64,000 nucleotides of DNA from the IMG/VR virus record IMGVR_UViG_3300013121_000005, positions 64,001 through 128,000 of that record; one strand, given 5' to 3'. Position numbers and translations under genes: made by a program. The DNA comes from a virus (lineage: Duplodnaviria > Caudoviricetes). This document shows positions 37,356 through 47,507 of this stretch, piece by piece; within the stretch, counting starts at the first letter, position 1; every line of letters begins with the position of its first letter. The notes under the pieces are model-generated. The model searched no databases and was not told where the DNA came from. It saw nothing but the letters and a program-made list of their open reading frames with translations.

Positions 37356-38342
37356 GTGACCACGGAGAAAGAAGCGGGGGCTCTCGTATACCTCCAGGAG
37401 GAGCTTACAGATGCTCGTATGCGCTGTGACCAGCTCAAACGTCTTGTGGACAAGGCGGTGAGATTGATCGCAAAGTCTACTCATAGAGACCACTTCTACG
37501 AGGTGGCTGGAGACATCATTTACGGACTCCCGGACACTCTCTTTCGTTTGGACAAGGCTCTTGATGCTACGGCGCTTGCTGCTTCTCGTCTGGATTACGA
37601 GGAGCTGAAGCAGCAATTAAGGCCAGAGAAAGTTGAGGAGTTGGAATTGGCCCTTAAAGATGTTCGGATTAGGCATCTTGATCGTCGTTCTCCAAATCTT
37701 CAACCCCAACCTGTTGCCCCCCAACCTATTGCCCCCCAGAATGGAAAGTTAGCCATGTTGAGACTTGCTTCGACCAACTTCGTTTCAGCGGCGCTTCGCG
37801 GTCTTGCTGACTACATCGACGATAACCCTTCGCCTAACCGTCATGTCATCATCGGGGGCCTTCATCGGGTCAAGATGGCGCTTTCACAGACGGCTCAAGA
37901 GGCAGTAGAAGCGATGGGTCCTCTTCAGGCTTCTTCGCGTGAGGATGTCATGGAGGGTTTCAAGAAAGCTAACCCTTCTCTCTCGTCGGAACAGCTTGAA
38001 GAGATTGCGGATCATTGGGAAGCGAACAAGGATGTAGTCAAGGACAAGCAAGCTCACGTTAGCAAGCTGGCTAGCTATCCAAAGGATTGGACTATGACTC
38101 GTCGAATGAACCAGCTTTATGCTGACTTCAAGGGGGATGTGGAGAATGCCCTCAAGGACATGGAGCCCCAGCCTGGGGTTGCACGGAAGGTAAAGTTGGT
38201 TTGGGCTCCTCAGAGTTCTGGCTTTTCGTGGTTGGTTGTCAGTATGGAAGACGCCAACGGGGAAAGTAAGACATTCAAGTTGCTTCCAAGTGAGCCCAAT
38301 GTTGTCGCAGGGGACATTCTGTTCAAGTATGGGGGCTACTGA
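37356..38342 (+). CDS. hypothetical multi-segment protein (probable head-internal)
   Basis: GGAGG RBS; segments separated by KLA/RLA|S and KQA/KLA|S sites. Confidence 0.7.
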   Translation: MTTEKEAGALVYLQEELTDARMRCDQLKRLVDKAVRLIAKSTHRDHFYEVAGDIIYGLPDTLFRLDKALDATALAASRLDYEELKQQLRPEKVEELELALKDVRIRHLDRRSPNLQPQPVAPQPIAPQNGKLAMLRLASTNFVSAALRGLADYIDDNPSPNRHVIIGGLHRVKMALSQTAQEAVEAMGPLQASSREDVMEGFKKANPSLSSEQLEEIADHWEANKDVVKDKQAHVSKLASYPKDWTMTRRMNQLYADFKGDVENALKDMEPQPGVARKVKLVWAPQSSGFSWLVVSMEDANGESKTFKLLPSEPNVVAGDILFKYGGY

Positions 38343-38345
38343 GGC

Positions 38346-39182
38346 GTGCAAGTTCTTCGCCCACCCTACGGTACAGCGGGAGGCCCAGCGCTTTCGGAGT
38401 CCAAGCTCCCAAGCGGCGACCCTGCTGGGAAGGGGATCTCTCTTGACCCGGAGATCCCTGGGGCGGCGACGTATGCCAAACCTTCCCAGGAAGGGCCCCG
38501 GGAGCCCCCGAAGAACGACCAGTCGATGTACCATGTCGACAACGCGGACGACCTTTTGAAAGGTCAGGGGCGAGGTGACGAGATCGATCACCAGTATGCG
38601 AAGCCGAACTACAATGGGTTGGGGGTACGTCCAGATAACGACTACTCGAAGACGAAGTACCCGTATCGGGACGGCATCCCCAACCGGCACAATGCGAGCA
38701 TCATTGCTACGGTTACTCAGTTATGGCTTCTTCGGACGTCCCATGAAGTTCCAGTAGCATTCTCTGGGCCTGTTAAAGTTGCGGTTCGGCTTTCGGAGAT
38801 CGAACAAGGTCTCAACCCTAAGGTTCGTGACCGAGCAAGCACCTGTAAGGCTACCCTCAAGCGAGCAGACGTTAGAAACCTTCGTTGGATCTTCTCAGTT
38901 GATTGTGGCAATGGGCCTAAGATGGTCAGGTTGAAGGCCCAACGAAAAGGGCGGGTGGTTGCTCTTTCCAAGATGGACCTACACTTTTCTTGTTCCTGTC
39001 CTGCTTGGCGTTGGCTTGGTTCCGAGTTTCATGCCAAGGAGGAGACGTATCTTGACGGTAAGCCAAGAGGAACAGCCTCCCCTCCAGATATCAAAGATCC
39101 TCAACGTGTAAATCGGGTTTGTAAGCATGTTGCGGCAGTGCTTACTCAAGTTCGCTCGTGGGAAATTCCTACATCTAGATGA
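38346..39182 (+). CDS. SWIM zinc-finger protein
   Basis: FSCSCPAW...RVCKHVAAVL. Confidence 0.8.
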   Translation: MQVLRPPYGTAGGPALSESKLPSGDPAGKGISLDPEIPGAATYAKPSQEGPREPPKNDQSMYHVDNADDLLKGQGRGDEIDHQYAKPNYNGLGVRPDNDYSKTKYPYRDGIPNRHNASIIATVTQLWLLRTSHEVPVAFSGPVKVAVRLSEIEQGLNPKVRDRASTCKATLKRADVRNLRWIFSVDCGNGPKMVRLKAQRKGRVVALSKMDLHFSCSCPAWRWLGSEFHAKEETYLDGKPRGTASPPDIKDPQRVNRVCKHVAAVLTQVRSWEIPTSR

Positions 39183-39195
39183 ATAGGAAAGTCAG

Positions 39196-39609
39196 ATGCC
39201 TACATATCAGATTGAATGTCTTGAGTGCGGTAAAGTTCGGGATGAGCGTCTCACCTATTCTGAGTATGATCAGGTGAAAGCTGGGACCATGGAGCTTACC
39301 TGCAACGTCTGTCACCTTCGTGCCGTCATTGGATTTACCCCCGGTAACCTTGGATTTGTTCTGAAAGAGGGGGTGTCTGGGGGGTGGGTTAGCAAGTCTG
39401 GTAAAGAGAATGCCTATCGTGCTAAGCGGCGAGAGGAGATGGCTCGGCGGGAGAGAGACCACGTTTTTAAGCCCACGCTCCAGGCTAACTACGAGGGTAT
39501 CGAAACGGGTTCGTGGAGAGAGGCTCAAGAAATGGCTCGGCGGGAGAAGGGTGAGGCGTCTGCGGCTACCTATGATCCTCTTGTTACCCAGGAAAGGGTG
39601 ACCCCATGA
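39196..39609 (+). CDS. FmdB-like zinc-ribbon protein
   Basis: MPTYQIECLECG..CNVC..FVLK..GW. Confidence 0.75.
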   Translation: MPTYQIECLECGKVRDERLTYSEYDQVKAGTMELTCNVCHLRAVIGFTPGNLGFVLKEGVSGGWVSKSGKENAYRAKRREEMARRERDHVFKPTLQANYEGIETGSWREAQEMARREKGEASAATYDPLVTQERVTP

Positions 39610-39622
39610 AGGATGGATTTAC

Positions 39623-40267
39623 ATGAGCGTCCCCCGTCGATTTTCAGTCCTCCGTAGGGCTCCTGGGCTGATTGACATCATCACGCCACTTCGTCCTGTT
39701 TCGGAAGGAGTTGAGCAGTATAGACTTAAGGCGGACACCTCTCCGACTGGTGCTTTTGCTACAACTGTGATGACGGTCCCAAGGACTGGGAAGATTGACC
39801 CAGCTTTTCAAGGACCTCAGACTGTTATCCAGCAAGGTGAGAATGTCCGGATGGTGTTCAAACCATCTGATTACACCCTTTCTGATGATGCTCTTTGGTT
39901 GAAGCTTGTTTACATCAATGCGGCAGTTGCGGAGATGGTTTCGCCTACTCCAAGTGCTCCGACATTGGTTTTGCCTCCATTCACAGGGCCCGGTCTGTTT
40001 GGGTTTACAGCCACAGCTTCCGTAGGGGCGAGTTTTGCGAACTCCCTACAAATTGATTTGCCCCGAGCTATGGAGAGTATCCGAGTGATGAACAATGATG
40101 GGGCTAACCCACTGTTCGTAGCTTTTGATGGTGGGGGTCCAGAAATCAAGATCCCAGCAGGTAAGGACCTCATTGGGTACCTTGGAAATGCTGCTTCTAT
40201 TTTTGTGCGTACCACAGGTGGACCTGCTGAGTTTACAGCTACGTTTGCTTACGCTTTCCCCCGTTAG
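39623..40267 (+). CDS. beta-rich structural protein
   Basis: ORF in the structural block; V/T/P-rich. Confidence 0.6.
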   Translation: MSVPRRFSVLRRAPGLIDIITPLRPVSEGVEQYRLKADTSPTGAFATTVMTVPRTGKIDPAFQGPQTVIQQGENVRMVFKPSDYTLSDDALWLKLVYINAAVAEMVSPTPSAPTLVLPPFTGPGLFGFTATASVGASFANSLQIDLPRAMESIRVMNNDGANPLFVAFDGGGPEIKIPAGKDLIGYLGNAASIFVRTTGGPAEFTATFAYAFPR

Positions 40268-40292
40268 GGGTGGATACGGTTCTCTCTCTTGA

Positions 40293-40302
40293 TCTTCTTA
40301 TG
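40293..40302 (+). promoter_or_regulatory. putative late-promoter motif TCTTCTTATG
   Basis: Exact copy of the motif at 9756 and 26220; intergenic. Confidence 0.5.
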
Positions 40303-40334
40303 TGCTGTGTTCGATGAACAAGGAGTGATGAGGA

Positions 40335-40964
40335 ATGCTGAGGCTCACCCATACCCAGGTTGCGCAGAGTGCGCTGTACATCCCCGATATCGATAGCGGT
40401 CTTCCTCGTAGGACTGCTCGGCGTGGCATTGGTGATCCAAAGCGGTACGAGACTGATGGTTCTGTACTGTCTGGCTCGGACAGGAGCACTAAGCCTGGTA
40501 TCAACTACAACAAGCAGAAGTGCTATGTCCCTCGGGTTAAGCCGGGGGAAACTTCAATTGCTGGGTACATTGATATCGTAGAGAGCGATGCGGTTCTGAT
40601 GTCCCAGTCTCGTGGGACAATCAAGGGCCTCCAGACGGCCGGGCACCTGACGGTCACGTCTTTTGTCTCTACCGATGTGGCTGCTCCGACTCTGACTTTG
40701 GCTGACTTTGGGGCGCCTGGAGTTGCCGACCTGACCCTCACGGGTACAAATTTCACCTCCCTTGCTCCAGACATCACTACGGTCATTATCACGGGTACTG
40801 GAGCAGTCACTCTTACTCAAGCGCAGATCATTGCAGGTGGAGGCTCAGTTGCAGCTACCTCAATTGTAATCCCTGCGGCTTTGGTACCAGGTATCAACGT
40901 CACGGTGTCTTCGGCTCAGGTTCGAGCTGATGGGCAGCTTTCTGCTGTTGTTGTGATGACGTGA
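40335..40964 (+). CDS. structural protein with C-terminal IPT/TIG-like domain (paralogue of 41353)
   Basis: PTLT..LTLTGTNF..TGTGA..LTQ..GGG..IPAALVPGI. Confidence 0.7.
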   Translation: MLRLTHTQVAQSALYIPDIDSGLPRRTARRGIGDPKRYETDGSVLSGSDRSTKPGINYNKQKCYVPRVKPGETSIAGYIDIVESDAVLMSQSRGTIKGLQTAGHLTVTSFVSTDVAAPTLTLADFGAPGVADLTLTGTNFTSLAPDITTVIITGTGAVTLTQAQIIAGGGSVAATSIVIPAALVPGINVTVSSAQVRADGQLSAVVVMT

Positions 40965-40974
40965 GTGTAAAAAC

Positions 40975-41328
40975 GTGGCGCTACTTGATTTGTTGGAGCA
41001 AGAGGCGGGAGCCTTCAAGCAGGTTGACAATCGTTGGCGACCACAGAACCTTTTGTTTGAGTTGCAAATGACGGAGTTAATGAACGATATGACCCGACGA
41101 TTTCTTCGTCTGAAGGAATCGGAGAAAGAGCTGAAGACGCTCGATCGGGCTGAGTTGTTCATTAAGCACCTTCGGCGGATGGGTCTTATCCTTAAGCGTG
41201 CGAACTTCGTTCGCCGGACTAATGACCTAGCGTTCGTTCAAGCCGTTTCAGACTTCTATGCGGCTTACGGAGAGGTGTTGCGTTACCTCAAAATTGATCA
41301 GGCAAGAGGTCAGTTACAGCCCGGCTAG
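40975..41328 (+). CDS. hypothetical helical protein
   Basis: 117-aa ORF between the two paralogues. Confidence 0.55.
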   Translation: MALLDLLEQEAGAFKQVDNRWRPQNLLFELQMTELMNDMTRRFLRLKESEKELKTLDRAELFIKHLRRMGLILKRANFVRRTNDLAFVQAVSDFYAAYGEVLRYLKIDQARGQLQPG

Positions 41329-41352
41329 GGTGGTATTTCAGGAGGACTTACA

Positions 41353-42114
41353 ATGCGTGTCGCCGTTATTCGAGGGGATCTCAGCAGGGCTCTGTTCATT
41401 GCGGATGTAGAGCCGAAGTCGCAGCATGGTGCGGGCGATTCCACTAGAGGTAACTCTCGGTATGTGGGGCGTCCGAATGCTACTGCTATTCAGACCTATC
41501 TAACCGCTCAAGGGCTGGCTGCTTCGGCTACAACGCTGATCACGGCTACGGTCCCTGTAGGCGGTCCAGTGAACGTAGCGTCAGCTACAATCACTGCTGT
41601 CGCGGGTCTTGGAGGAGCTACGGCTGCTCAGGTAGCAGCTCTTCAAGAGCTTCTGGCTCCTCAGTTTGTGGAGACGGATGCTTTGAAGAAGAGCTTTCTG
41701 TATGGCAATCTTGCTGGATTTAGGTCTGCAAACTTCAATCCAGACCCTCGTCGATCGCCTGCTCTTTCAAATGGAGCGGCTATTACTTGCGTTCAAGATG
41801 ATGGGGTGACAGCATTTTCTGTCCTTCCTCCAGTTATCACGCTTGCCGACAAGGATACCCCAGTTGCTGGGGCTCTTCGTATCACGGGTACGGGTCTCGT
41901 GGCTTATGGGCTCTACCAATTGACGGTTATCCTGGAGGGGACTGGCGCGAAGAAGCTCACTCAGGCAACTATCGTTGGGGGTGGGGGCACTATCAACTCG
42001 GCGGGGACTCAAATTGACATCCCTGCGGCTCTTGTCCCAGGCATTGCTTTGACTACCACTACAGCTCGTGTCCGAGTTAACGATATGCTATCGGCAGCCG
42101 TTGCTTTGACATGA
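41353..42114 (+). CDS. structural protein with C-terminal IPT/TIG-like domain (paralogue of 40335)
   Basis: PVITL..LRITGTGL..EGTGAKKLTQ..GGG..IPAALVPGI; AGGAGG RBS. Confidence 0.7.
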   Translation: MRVAVIRGDLSRALFIADVEPKSQHGAGDSTRGNSRYVGRPNATAIQTYLTAQGLAASATTLITATVPVGGPVNVASATITAVAGLGGATAAQVAALQELLAPQFVETDALKKSFLYGNLAGFRSANFNPDPRRSPALSNGAAITCVQDDGVTAFSVLPPVITLADKDTPVAGALRITGTGLVAYGLYQLTVILEGTGAKKLTQATIVGGGGTINSAGTQIDIPAALVPGIALTTTTARVRVNDMLSAAVALT

Positions 42115-42170
42115 GTTCAAGGTTTCTAATTCAGATGTAAACTCGTAAACTAGACCCAGATGAGGCTGAA

Positions 42171-42422
42171 ATGACAAAGAACTTGAAGGAGCAGCGAGAA
42201 TTCCGTACGCCAGACCTATACTTCGCGGCTTTTCTTCAGACGGCTGGAGTTGAGTTGAAGCGTACAGATCGGGAGAACGCAAGAGTCTTTTTTGTGTTCA
42301 GTACGGAAATCGCGGACATTGAGGAGTTGAAAACGGGTTGGTTCAACAATACAGCCAAAGTCGCAGCTCAACCCTATGCAAACAACGTGAAGTCTCTCAA
42401 GTCTGTATGCCATATGGGTTGA
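42171..42422 (+). CDS. DUF5659-like small protein
   Basis: FRTPDLYFAAFL..G..L......RVFFVF pattern. Confidence 0.65.
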   Translation: MTKNLKEQREFRTPDLYFAAFLQTAGVELKRTDRENARVFFVFSTEIADIEELKTGWFNNTAKVAAQPYANNVKSLKSVCHMG

Positions 42423-42457
42423 ACCCTTGCTTTTGGTAAATCCCCAGAGGGTGAGTA

Positions 42458-43003
42458 ATGGCTGCTGTAGATATTGACGCAACTCTAGGTGGAGGCGGAA
42501 CCCTGGTAGGGGGGGCTACGGCTCTGTACGCCCTTGGTGGTTCTGCCCTAGCTGGAGGCGGAACCCTGGTAGGAGGAGCTACGGCTCTGTACGCCCTTGG
42601 TGGTTCTGCCCTAGCTGGGGGTGGAACCCTGGTAGGGGGAGCTACGGCTCTGTACGCCCTTGGTGGTTCTGCCCTAGCTGGGGGTGCAACCTTGACGGTG
42701 GACGCGAAGGTGCTGCTTAGCGCTATTCTGTCGTCAGCCGGTGCGGGGCAAGTTACAGCAGTCTTGTTCCTTTCGCAGGGGTCTTCTGTGACTTTCGCAG
42801 GGGGTGCAACGTTTGTGAACGGGGACCTTGGATGGACCCCTCATCCAAATGCCCCTCCCCCAAAGCCCGCTGTCAATGCTGCGGCCACACTCCAACAATT
42901 CATTGATTCAACAGGCTCAGGCAGGGCTGCTACTCGGACCCCACTGGCCGGAAACACTGTAGTAGATCCAAACCCCCCACGTAAACCGCCTAAGCCTCAA
43001 TGA
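42458..43003 (+). CDS. Gly/Ala-rich repeat structural protein
   Basis: Three 21-aa repeats GGGTLVGGATALYALGGSALA. Confidence 0.7.
   Translation: MAAVDIDATLGGGGTLVGGATALYALGGSALAGGGTLVGGATALYALGGSALAGGGTLVGGATALYALGGSALAGGATLTVDAKVLLSAILSSAGAGQVTAVLFLSQGSSVTFAGGATFVNGDLGWTPHPNAPPPKPAVNAAATLQQFIDSTGSGRAATRTPLAGNTVVDPNPPRKPPKPQ
42490..42692 (+). repeat. 63-nt in-frame tandem repeat x3
   Basis: ggaaccctggtagg..gctacggctctgtacgcccttggtggttctgccctagctgg repeated at 63-nt spacing. Confidence 0.9.
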
Positions 43004-43036
43004 TTGAGGGATTATTAACCAGCAGGAGAAACGACA

Positions 43037-43435
43037 ATGACCGCGAAGACTGATTACCTTGAGGACCGTGTTCTTGACCGCGTTCTCAAGAACAACACCC
43101 AATTCACGTACACCTTCCCCGCGACTGTGTACGCGGCTCTGTTTACGGCAGACCCGACGGATACAGGTTCTCAAGCTTCGGAAGTCGCTGGGGGCTCGTA
43201 TGCCCGTCAGTCGATTACCTGGGGTACGATTTCTGCGGGTTCGGTGTCCAACTCGGGTGCCGTGACCTTCCCCGTGGCCTCTGGGTCTTGGGGTACGGTC
43301 AGCTATGTTGGGATCATGGATGCCCTTACAACAGGCAACATGTTGTACAAGGGGGCCCTTACGACTGCTAAGGCTGTAGGTATTGGGGATCAGGTGTCGT
43401 TTGGCATCGGGACCCTTACCGTTACGGAGGGCTGA
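43037..43435 (+). CDS. small tail/fibre-associated structural protein
   Basis: YAALFTADP..EV.GGSYARQ..W..VSNSGAVTFP.ASGSWGTV...GIMDA.T.GNML, a common phage minor tail protein pattern. Confidence 0.75.
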   Translation: MTAKTDYLEDRVLDRVLKNNTQFTYTFPATVYAALFTADPTDTGSQASEVAGGSYARQSITWGTISAGSVSNSGAVTFPVASGSWGTVSYVGIMDALTTGNMLYKGALTTAKAVGIGDQVSFGIGTLTVTEG

Positions 43436-43443
43436 GGTAGCCA

Positions 43444-44157
43444 GTGCCTTTGGTTAGCGTCGAAGCGAGCCTGGTTGGGGGCTCTTCGGTCACTTCGGGG
43501 GCGTCCCTTGCGCTTCCGTTGGGATCGACCCTACCAGGCAGCTCCGATTTTGTATCCGCCTCTTTGGTCACCAGAGGGGTCGTAGCTTCCCTTAGTGGAG
43601 GCTCGACCTTCTCAGCTTCATCACTCCTGAGTATTCTGACCGTGAGCCTTGGGGGCGGGGCAACGTTCAGTCCAACAGCTACTGCAACGTTTGTGGCCCG
43701 AGCGACTGTATCGGGTGGGGCTGCTTTAACAGCCGCGATTGGTGTTGTAGTTGGCCCAGTTGCTCCAGTTCGCTACATCCCGAGTCGACAAGCACCATCG
43801 TCGAGGATGGTCTTCGACCAAGTAGACTTGTTTTTGGTGGACGGAAAAACTAGAGCCCAGGATGTCCGAATCACGGACCTGTACCTAAGGGTATACTACA
43901 ATGGGGTTCAGCTCCCTTGGGTTTTAGCTTCTGGGGCGGGTATTCCGGATGTACGAGTCGCTGCTGGAAAGGTCTATTGGACTGAGTTCTCTGCGGGATT
44001 CTATAGCATTCGATTCTTCCCAAATGCGGTTGGAATTTGGAGGGTTCTTGTAACCTATCCAACTTACGACCAAGCAGTTTCACTTACTTACGATGTGGCC
44101 CCTCAGGACTCAGCAGCAGGGAGCGTTGGGCTTCGAGCGTCGTTCCTTCGTCCGTAG
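43444..44157 (+). CDS. structural protein (G/S/A-rich N-terminus, Ig-like C-terminus)
   Basis: LxGGS repeats, then GFYSIRFFPNAVGIWRV. Confidence 0.6.
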   Translation: MPLVSVEASLVGGSSVTSGASLALPLGSTLPGSSDFVSASLVTRGVVASLSGGSTFSASSLLSILTVSLGGGATFSPTATATFVARATVSGGAALTAAIGVVVGPVAPVRYIPSRQAPSSRMVFDQVDLFLVDGKTRAQDVRITDLYLRVYYNGVQLPWVLASGAGIPDVRVAAGKVYWTEFSAGFYSIRFFPNAVGIWRVLVTYPTYDQAVSLTYDVAPQDSAAGSVGLRASFLRP

Positions 44158-44169
44158 AGGGAGGGGTAG

Positions 44170-44634
44170 ATGACTGCCACTAGCAGCCCAGGGGTGTTTC
44201 GAGTCGGGCACGTGTTTCAGCGTGGCGACTTGCCCCTCTTTGTTACAGACCTAGCAGGTAATGCAGTCACCCCGTACAAGGTGACCTTCACGATTTTCTA
44301 TCAGTCAAGTGGGGATGTCTGTGCTAGGCAGGTCGGTCCCAGTGATCGGACCCCAGTCCAGGCAGCTATAGGGGAGTACTACGTCTCTGGTGTTGCGTGT
44401 GGGCAGTCTGGCCAATGGTATGTGGAGTGGAAGCTTCAAGAGGGGGCAAGTACTTCCCTTGTGTCAGAGCGTATGGGCTTCCAAATTTTCGACTCCTCTA
44501 GACTTTCCCCAAGTACTTACATCTCGGGATCGTCTTGTGGGTGCTCTTGTGGGTGCTCTTCCCATGCAGGGTGTCAGTGGGGGTGTCGTAACCCTTGTCT
44601 TCGTACGACTTCGTGCGGAAAGTATGGGTGGTGA
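44170..44634 (+). CDS. Ig-like protein with Cys-rich tail (paralogue of N-terminal domain of 44638)
   Basis: DLPLFVTD..G..VGPSDRTPV...IGEYY shared with the next gene; ends SSCGCSCGC..C..C..C..C. Confidence 0.65.
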   Translation: MTATSSPGVFRVGHVFQRGDLPLFVTDLAGNAVTPYKVTFTIFYQSSGDVCARQVGPSDRTPVQAAIGEYYVSGVACGQSGQWYVEWKLQEGASTSLVSERMGFQIFDSSRLSPSTYISGSSCGCSCGCSSHAGCQWGCRNPCLRTTSCGKYGW

Positions 44635-44637
44635 CCA

Positions 44638-45525
44638 ATGAGTGTTGGGTTCCTTCGAGGACAACAGCTTGGTCGGGATGACCTGAACATCTTTTTGACA
44701 AACGCATCGGGGCATCCTAGCAATGCGGCTGAGATCAGCTATGCCATCTATGACTATACGACAGGGCAGGAAGTCCTTGTGGGTTCCTCTCAAAGAACCC
44801 CTGTAAATCCGTCCATTGGGGAGTACTACGCGAGTATCATCGTCCCACTTGACGCTAACTTAGGGGACTATCGTATTCGGTGGGTCATGCGGGAGACTGT
44901 AGGGGGCCCCATTCAAACGGTTGTTCAAGAGTTTCACGTCCGGGATCGTGAAACGGTAACCCCAACGTGTTTTACGGTAGCCCAGGCTGACTTGATTCGT
45001 CGGCTTCGTATTCTCCTTCGAGACCAGAATCCTGATAAGTTCTACAAGTTTCGGCCTCCTGCTCACGAAGAAACTGTTGACCAATTCAGTCGAGTTTTTG
45101 GCTATATTTGGGAGGATGAGGAGCTTGCGGAGTACTTGGAGCAGTCTCTAGGTATGGTGATCTCAGCTCCTCCTCGAACTCCATTTAGGGATGTGGATGA
45201 CTTGGTTGTCTCACGTCCAGAGTGGAAGACGCTTCTGCTCACAGGGGGGATGTTCTGGGCCCTTCAGGCACTCCAGATTAATTGGGTTGCGGATGAGTTT
45301 GATTACTCGATTGGCGGAGTTTCTCTGACCATTGACAAGTCAAGCAAATACGAGTCCCTTAAGCAAGGAGCCTCTGACCAGTTTGACAAGCAGCTTGAGA
45401 AGGCCAAGGCCACTATTAAGTACATCAAGGGACTTCAGCAGCCCAAGTATGGGGCTGGCATTCGTTCTTCGTTCGGCCCTTATACAGGCCGTGGGACACT
45501 GACCCCTCGTAAATTTTTGGGGTAG
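44638..45525 (+). CDS. head-tail adaptor/neck protein candidate
   Basis: LIRRLRILLRD..WEDEELAEYL..FDYSIGGVSLT adaptor-like pattern; position before neck genes. Confidence 0.55.
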   Translation: MSVGFLRGQQLGRDDLNIFLTNASGHPSNAAEISYAIYDYTTGQEVLVGSSQRTPVNPSIGEYYASIIVPLDANLGDYRIRWVMRETVGGPIQTVVQEFHVRDRETVTPTCFTVAQADLIRRLRILLRDQNPDKFYKFRPPAHEETVDQFSRVFGYIWEDEELAEYLEQSLGMVISAPPRTPFRDVDDLVVSRPEWKTLLLTGGMFWALQALQINWVADEFDYSIGGVSLTIDKSSKYESLKQGASDQFDKQLEKAKATIKYIKGLQQPKYGAGIRSSFGPYTGRGTLTPRKFLG

Positions 45526-45580
45526 TCCTGGTCAAGTGTGCAGTATTGCTGTGTAATTGGCTCAGCCTTAGCTTGGTAAG

Positions 45581-47041
45581 GTGCCAATCACTTGCCCCCA
45601 CTGTCAAACCCATTTTCCCAATTCCGATAGCACCAACGCCCGCCACAAGGCCGTGTGTGCGGGGTGGCAAGCCACCCTTGGGGACCGTAAGCCCCTAGCT
45701 TGTCTTTGCGGACACGAGTCCACCTCGGGAACGCAGATGAAGAGGCATCGAGTTTCCTGCCCTACCTGGAAGGCTAGGCATCGTGGCACGGTCCAAATGG
45801 CCCGGCTGGCCGAGACGCTCCAGAAAAACCATGGTGAGGGTGTCCTAAACCCGAGGCATCTTGCGAGCGCTGAAGAACAGCGAAAGGCTACCCTCAAGGA
45901 ACGCTACGGAGCCGAAAACGTTTTTTCGAGGGAGTCTTCTCTTTTCAATACCGTACAAACGTCTCTCGAAGGTAAGCGTCCTGTTTTGAAAGGACCAGAC
46001 AACCCGTTCGCGTGGCCCGAGGTTCAAGAGAAGATCCGGCAAGTCCACTTAGAGAAGCGGGGTGTTGAAAATCCTCAACAGGACCCAGAGGTCCGGGCGC
46101 GTACGCAAGCTACCAATTTGGAGCGTTGGGGAACCGAAGAGGTCCTTGCTTCACCTTTCATTCGGGAGCAGATAGTAGTTACGAACCAAGAGCGATATGG
46201 CGGCCCGGCTCCGTCATGTTCATCAGAGATTGTTGAAAAAGCTCGTCAGACGAATCTTGAACGTTGGGGTGTGGAGTGGACAGGCCAACATCCCGAGATC
46301 CGTGCTCGTCAGATGCAAACGCATCTTGAAACTTACGGGAGTCACTTCTTTGCGTCTGAAGAGGGTCGGGCCGCTGTCAAGACGGCACTCCAAGAGAAGT
46401 ACGGAGTGGACCATCCCGCCAAGATTGAAGGCTTCTGGGAGCGCATGGTGGCGACGTTCATGCGTCGATATGGAGCGGCTCATCCTCTCTTGCTGACCGA
46501 GTTTTTAGAGAAGAGACGCCTTACCTGTCAGGACCGCTTTGGAGTAGACAGCCCTCTTCAGAGCCCAGAGGTGTATGCCAGGCTAGTAGCCACGAACATC
46601 GCAAAGTATGGTTTCCCTCACCCGATGATGAATCGCGAATATGCCCTAGCTCATCTGGAGAGGATGAGGCGTCCAGGGCCAAATCTTCCCGAACGCTTGC
46701 TTGGTGCTCTTATCCCAGAGTTGTTGTATACTGGGGACGGCTCTTTCTGGCGTTGGCTCCCTCTTCTTGGTCACCACAAGAACCCAGACTTCATTCTTCC
46801 GGGTTCAGACCTTAATAATCCCAAGAAGGGGGTCATCAAGGTCGTCGAGTTGTTTGGAGACTTCTGGCATTCTCGTATGTTCACCGGGAAGGCTAATTTC
46901 GAGCACGAAGCTGAGCTGGTCTCCGCGTACGCAGATATTGGTATTGAGTGCTTGATCGTCTGGGAGAGTGCGGTTAAAAAGACTCCGAATGAGGTCCAAG
47001 CTCGTGTGAAAGAGTTTCTCAACAATAGACCTCTGGTGTAG
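45581..47041 (+). mobile_element. free-standing putative homing endonuclease: Zn fingers + (E/K)(R/K)(Y/W)G repeats + Vsr/DUF559-like nuclease
   Basis: CPHC..H..C, CLCG..H..C; many ERYG/ERWG/EKYG..P units; NPDF..VVELFGDFWH..LIVWE. Confidence 0.7.
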
Positions 47042-47137
47042 TATACTTTCTTCCGAATCCTCTTATCCCCAACCTTTTGGTGCCTCGATGTTGGGGCCTC
47101 GATGTTGGGACTCAAATCAAGATTCACCCTGGAGAAG

Positions 47138-47482
47138 ATGAAAATGTCAACTGACCAATCGCAACCGTCCGAAACGAAAAAGCTTACTGTCGAAGACCCG
47201 CTTGACCCTGATACTTTGGAGAAGTTCAAGCAACTACAGACTGCACGGCTTCAGTTGGCTGAACGTTTACTGGACCTAAAAGAGGAGGAGATTCGGCTCC
47301 TTCGGTTGGCAGGTGGCGTTGCTCAGGAGCGAACTAAGCTTTTTGAGACGGTTCTGGTCAGTCGCGGTCTCCCTCCGAACTTCCCTGTTGAAATCGATGC
47401 GGTTACTGGGAAGTTTACTCTTGTCCAGCCTCTTCCCGAGTCGGCCCCTGAGCAGGTTCCTGCGGGCGCCTCTAAGCACTGA
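47138..47482 (+). CDS. hypothetical coiled-coil protein
   Basis: GGAG RBS; tiles the operon. Confidence 0.65.
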   Translation: MKMSTDQSQPSETKKLTVEDPLDPDTLEKFKQLQTARLQLAERLLDLKEEEIRLLRLAGGVAQERTKLFETVLVSRGLPPNFPVEIDAVTGKFTLVQPLPESAPEQVPAGASKH

Positions 47483-47507
47483 TCCCCTTATGGATCTGCC
47501 TTGGTAA

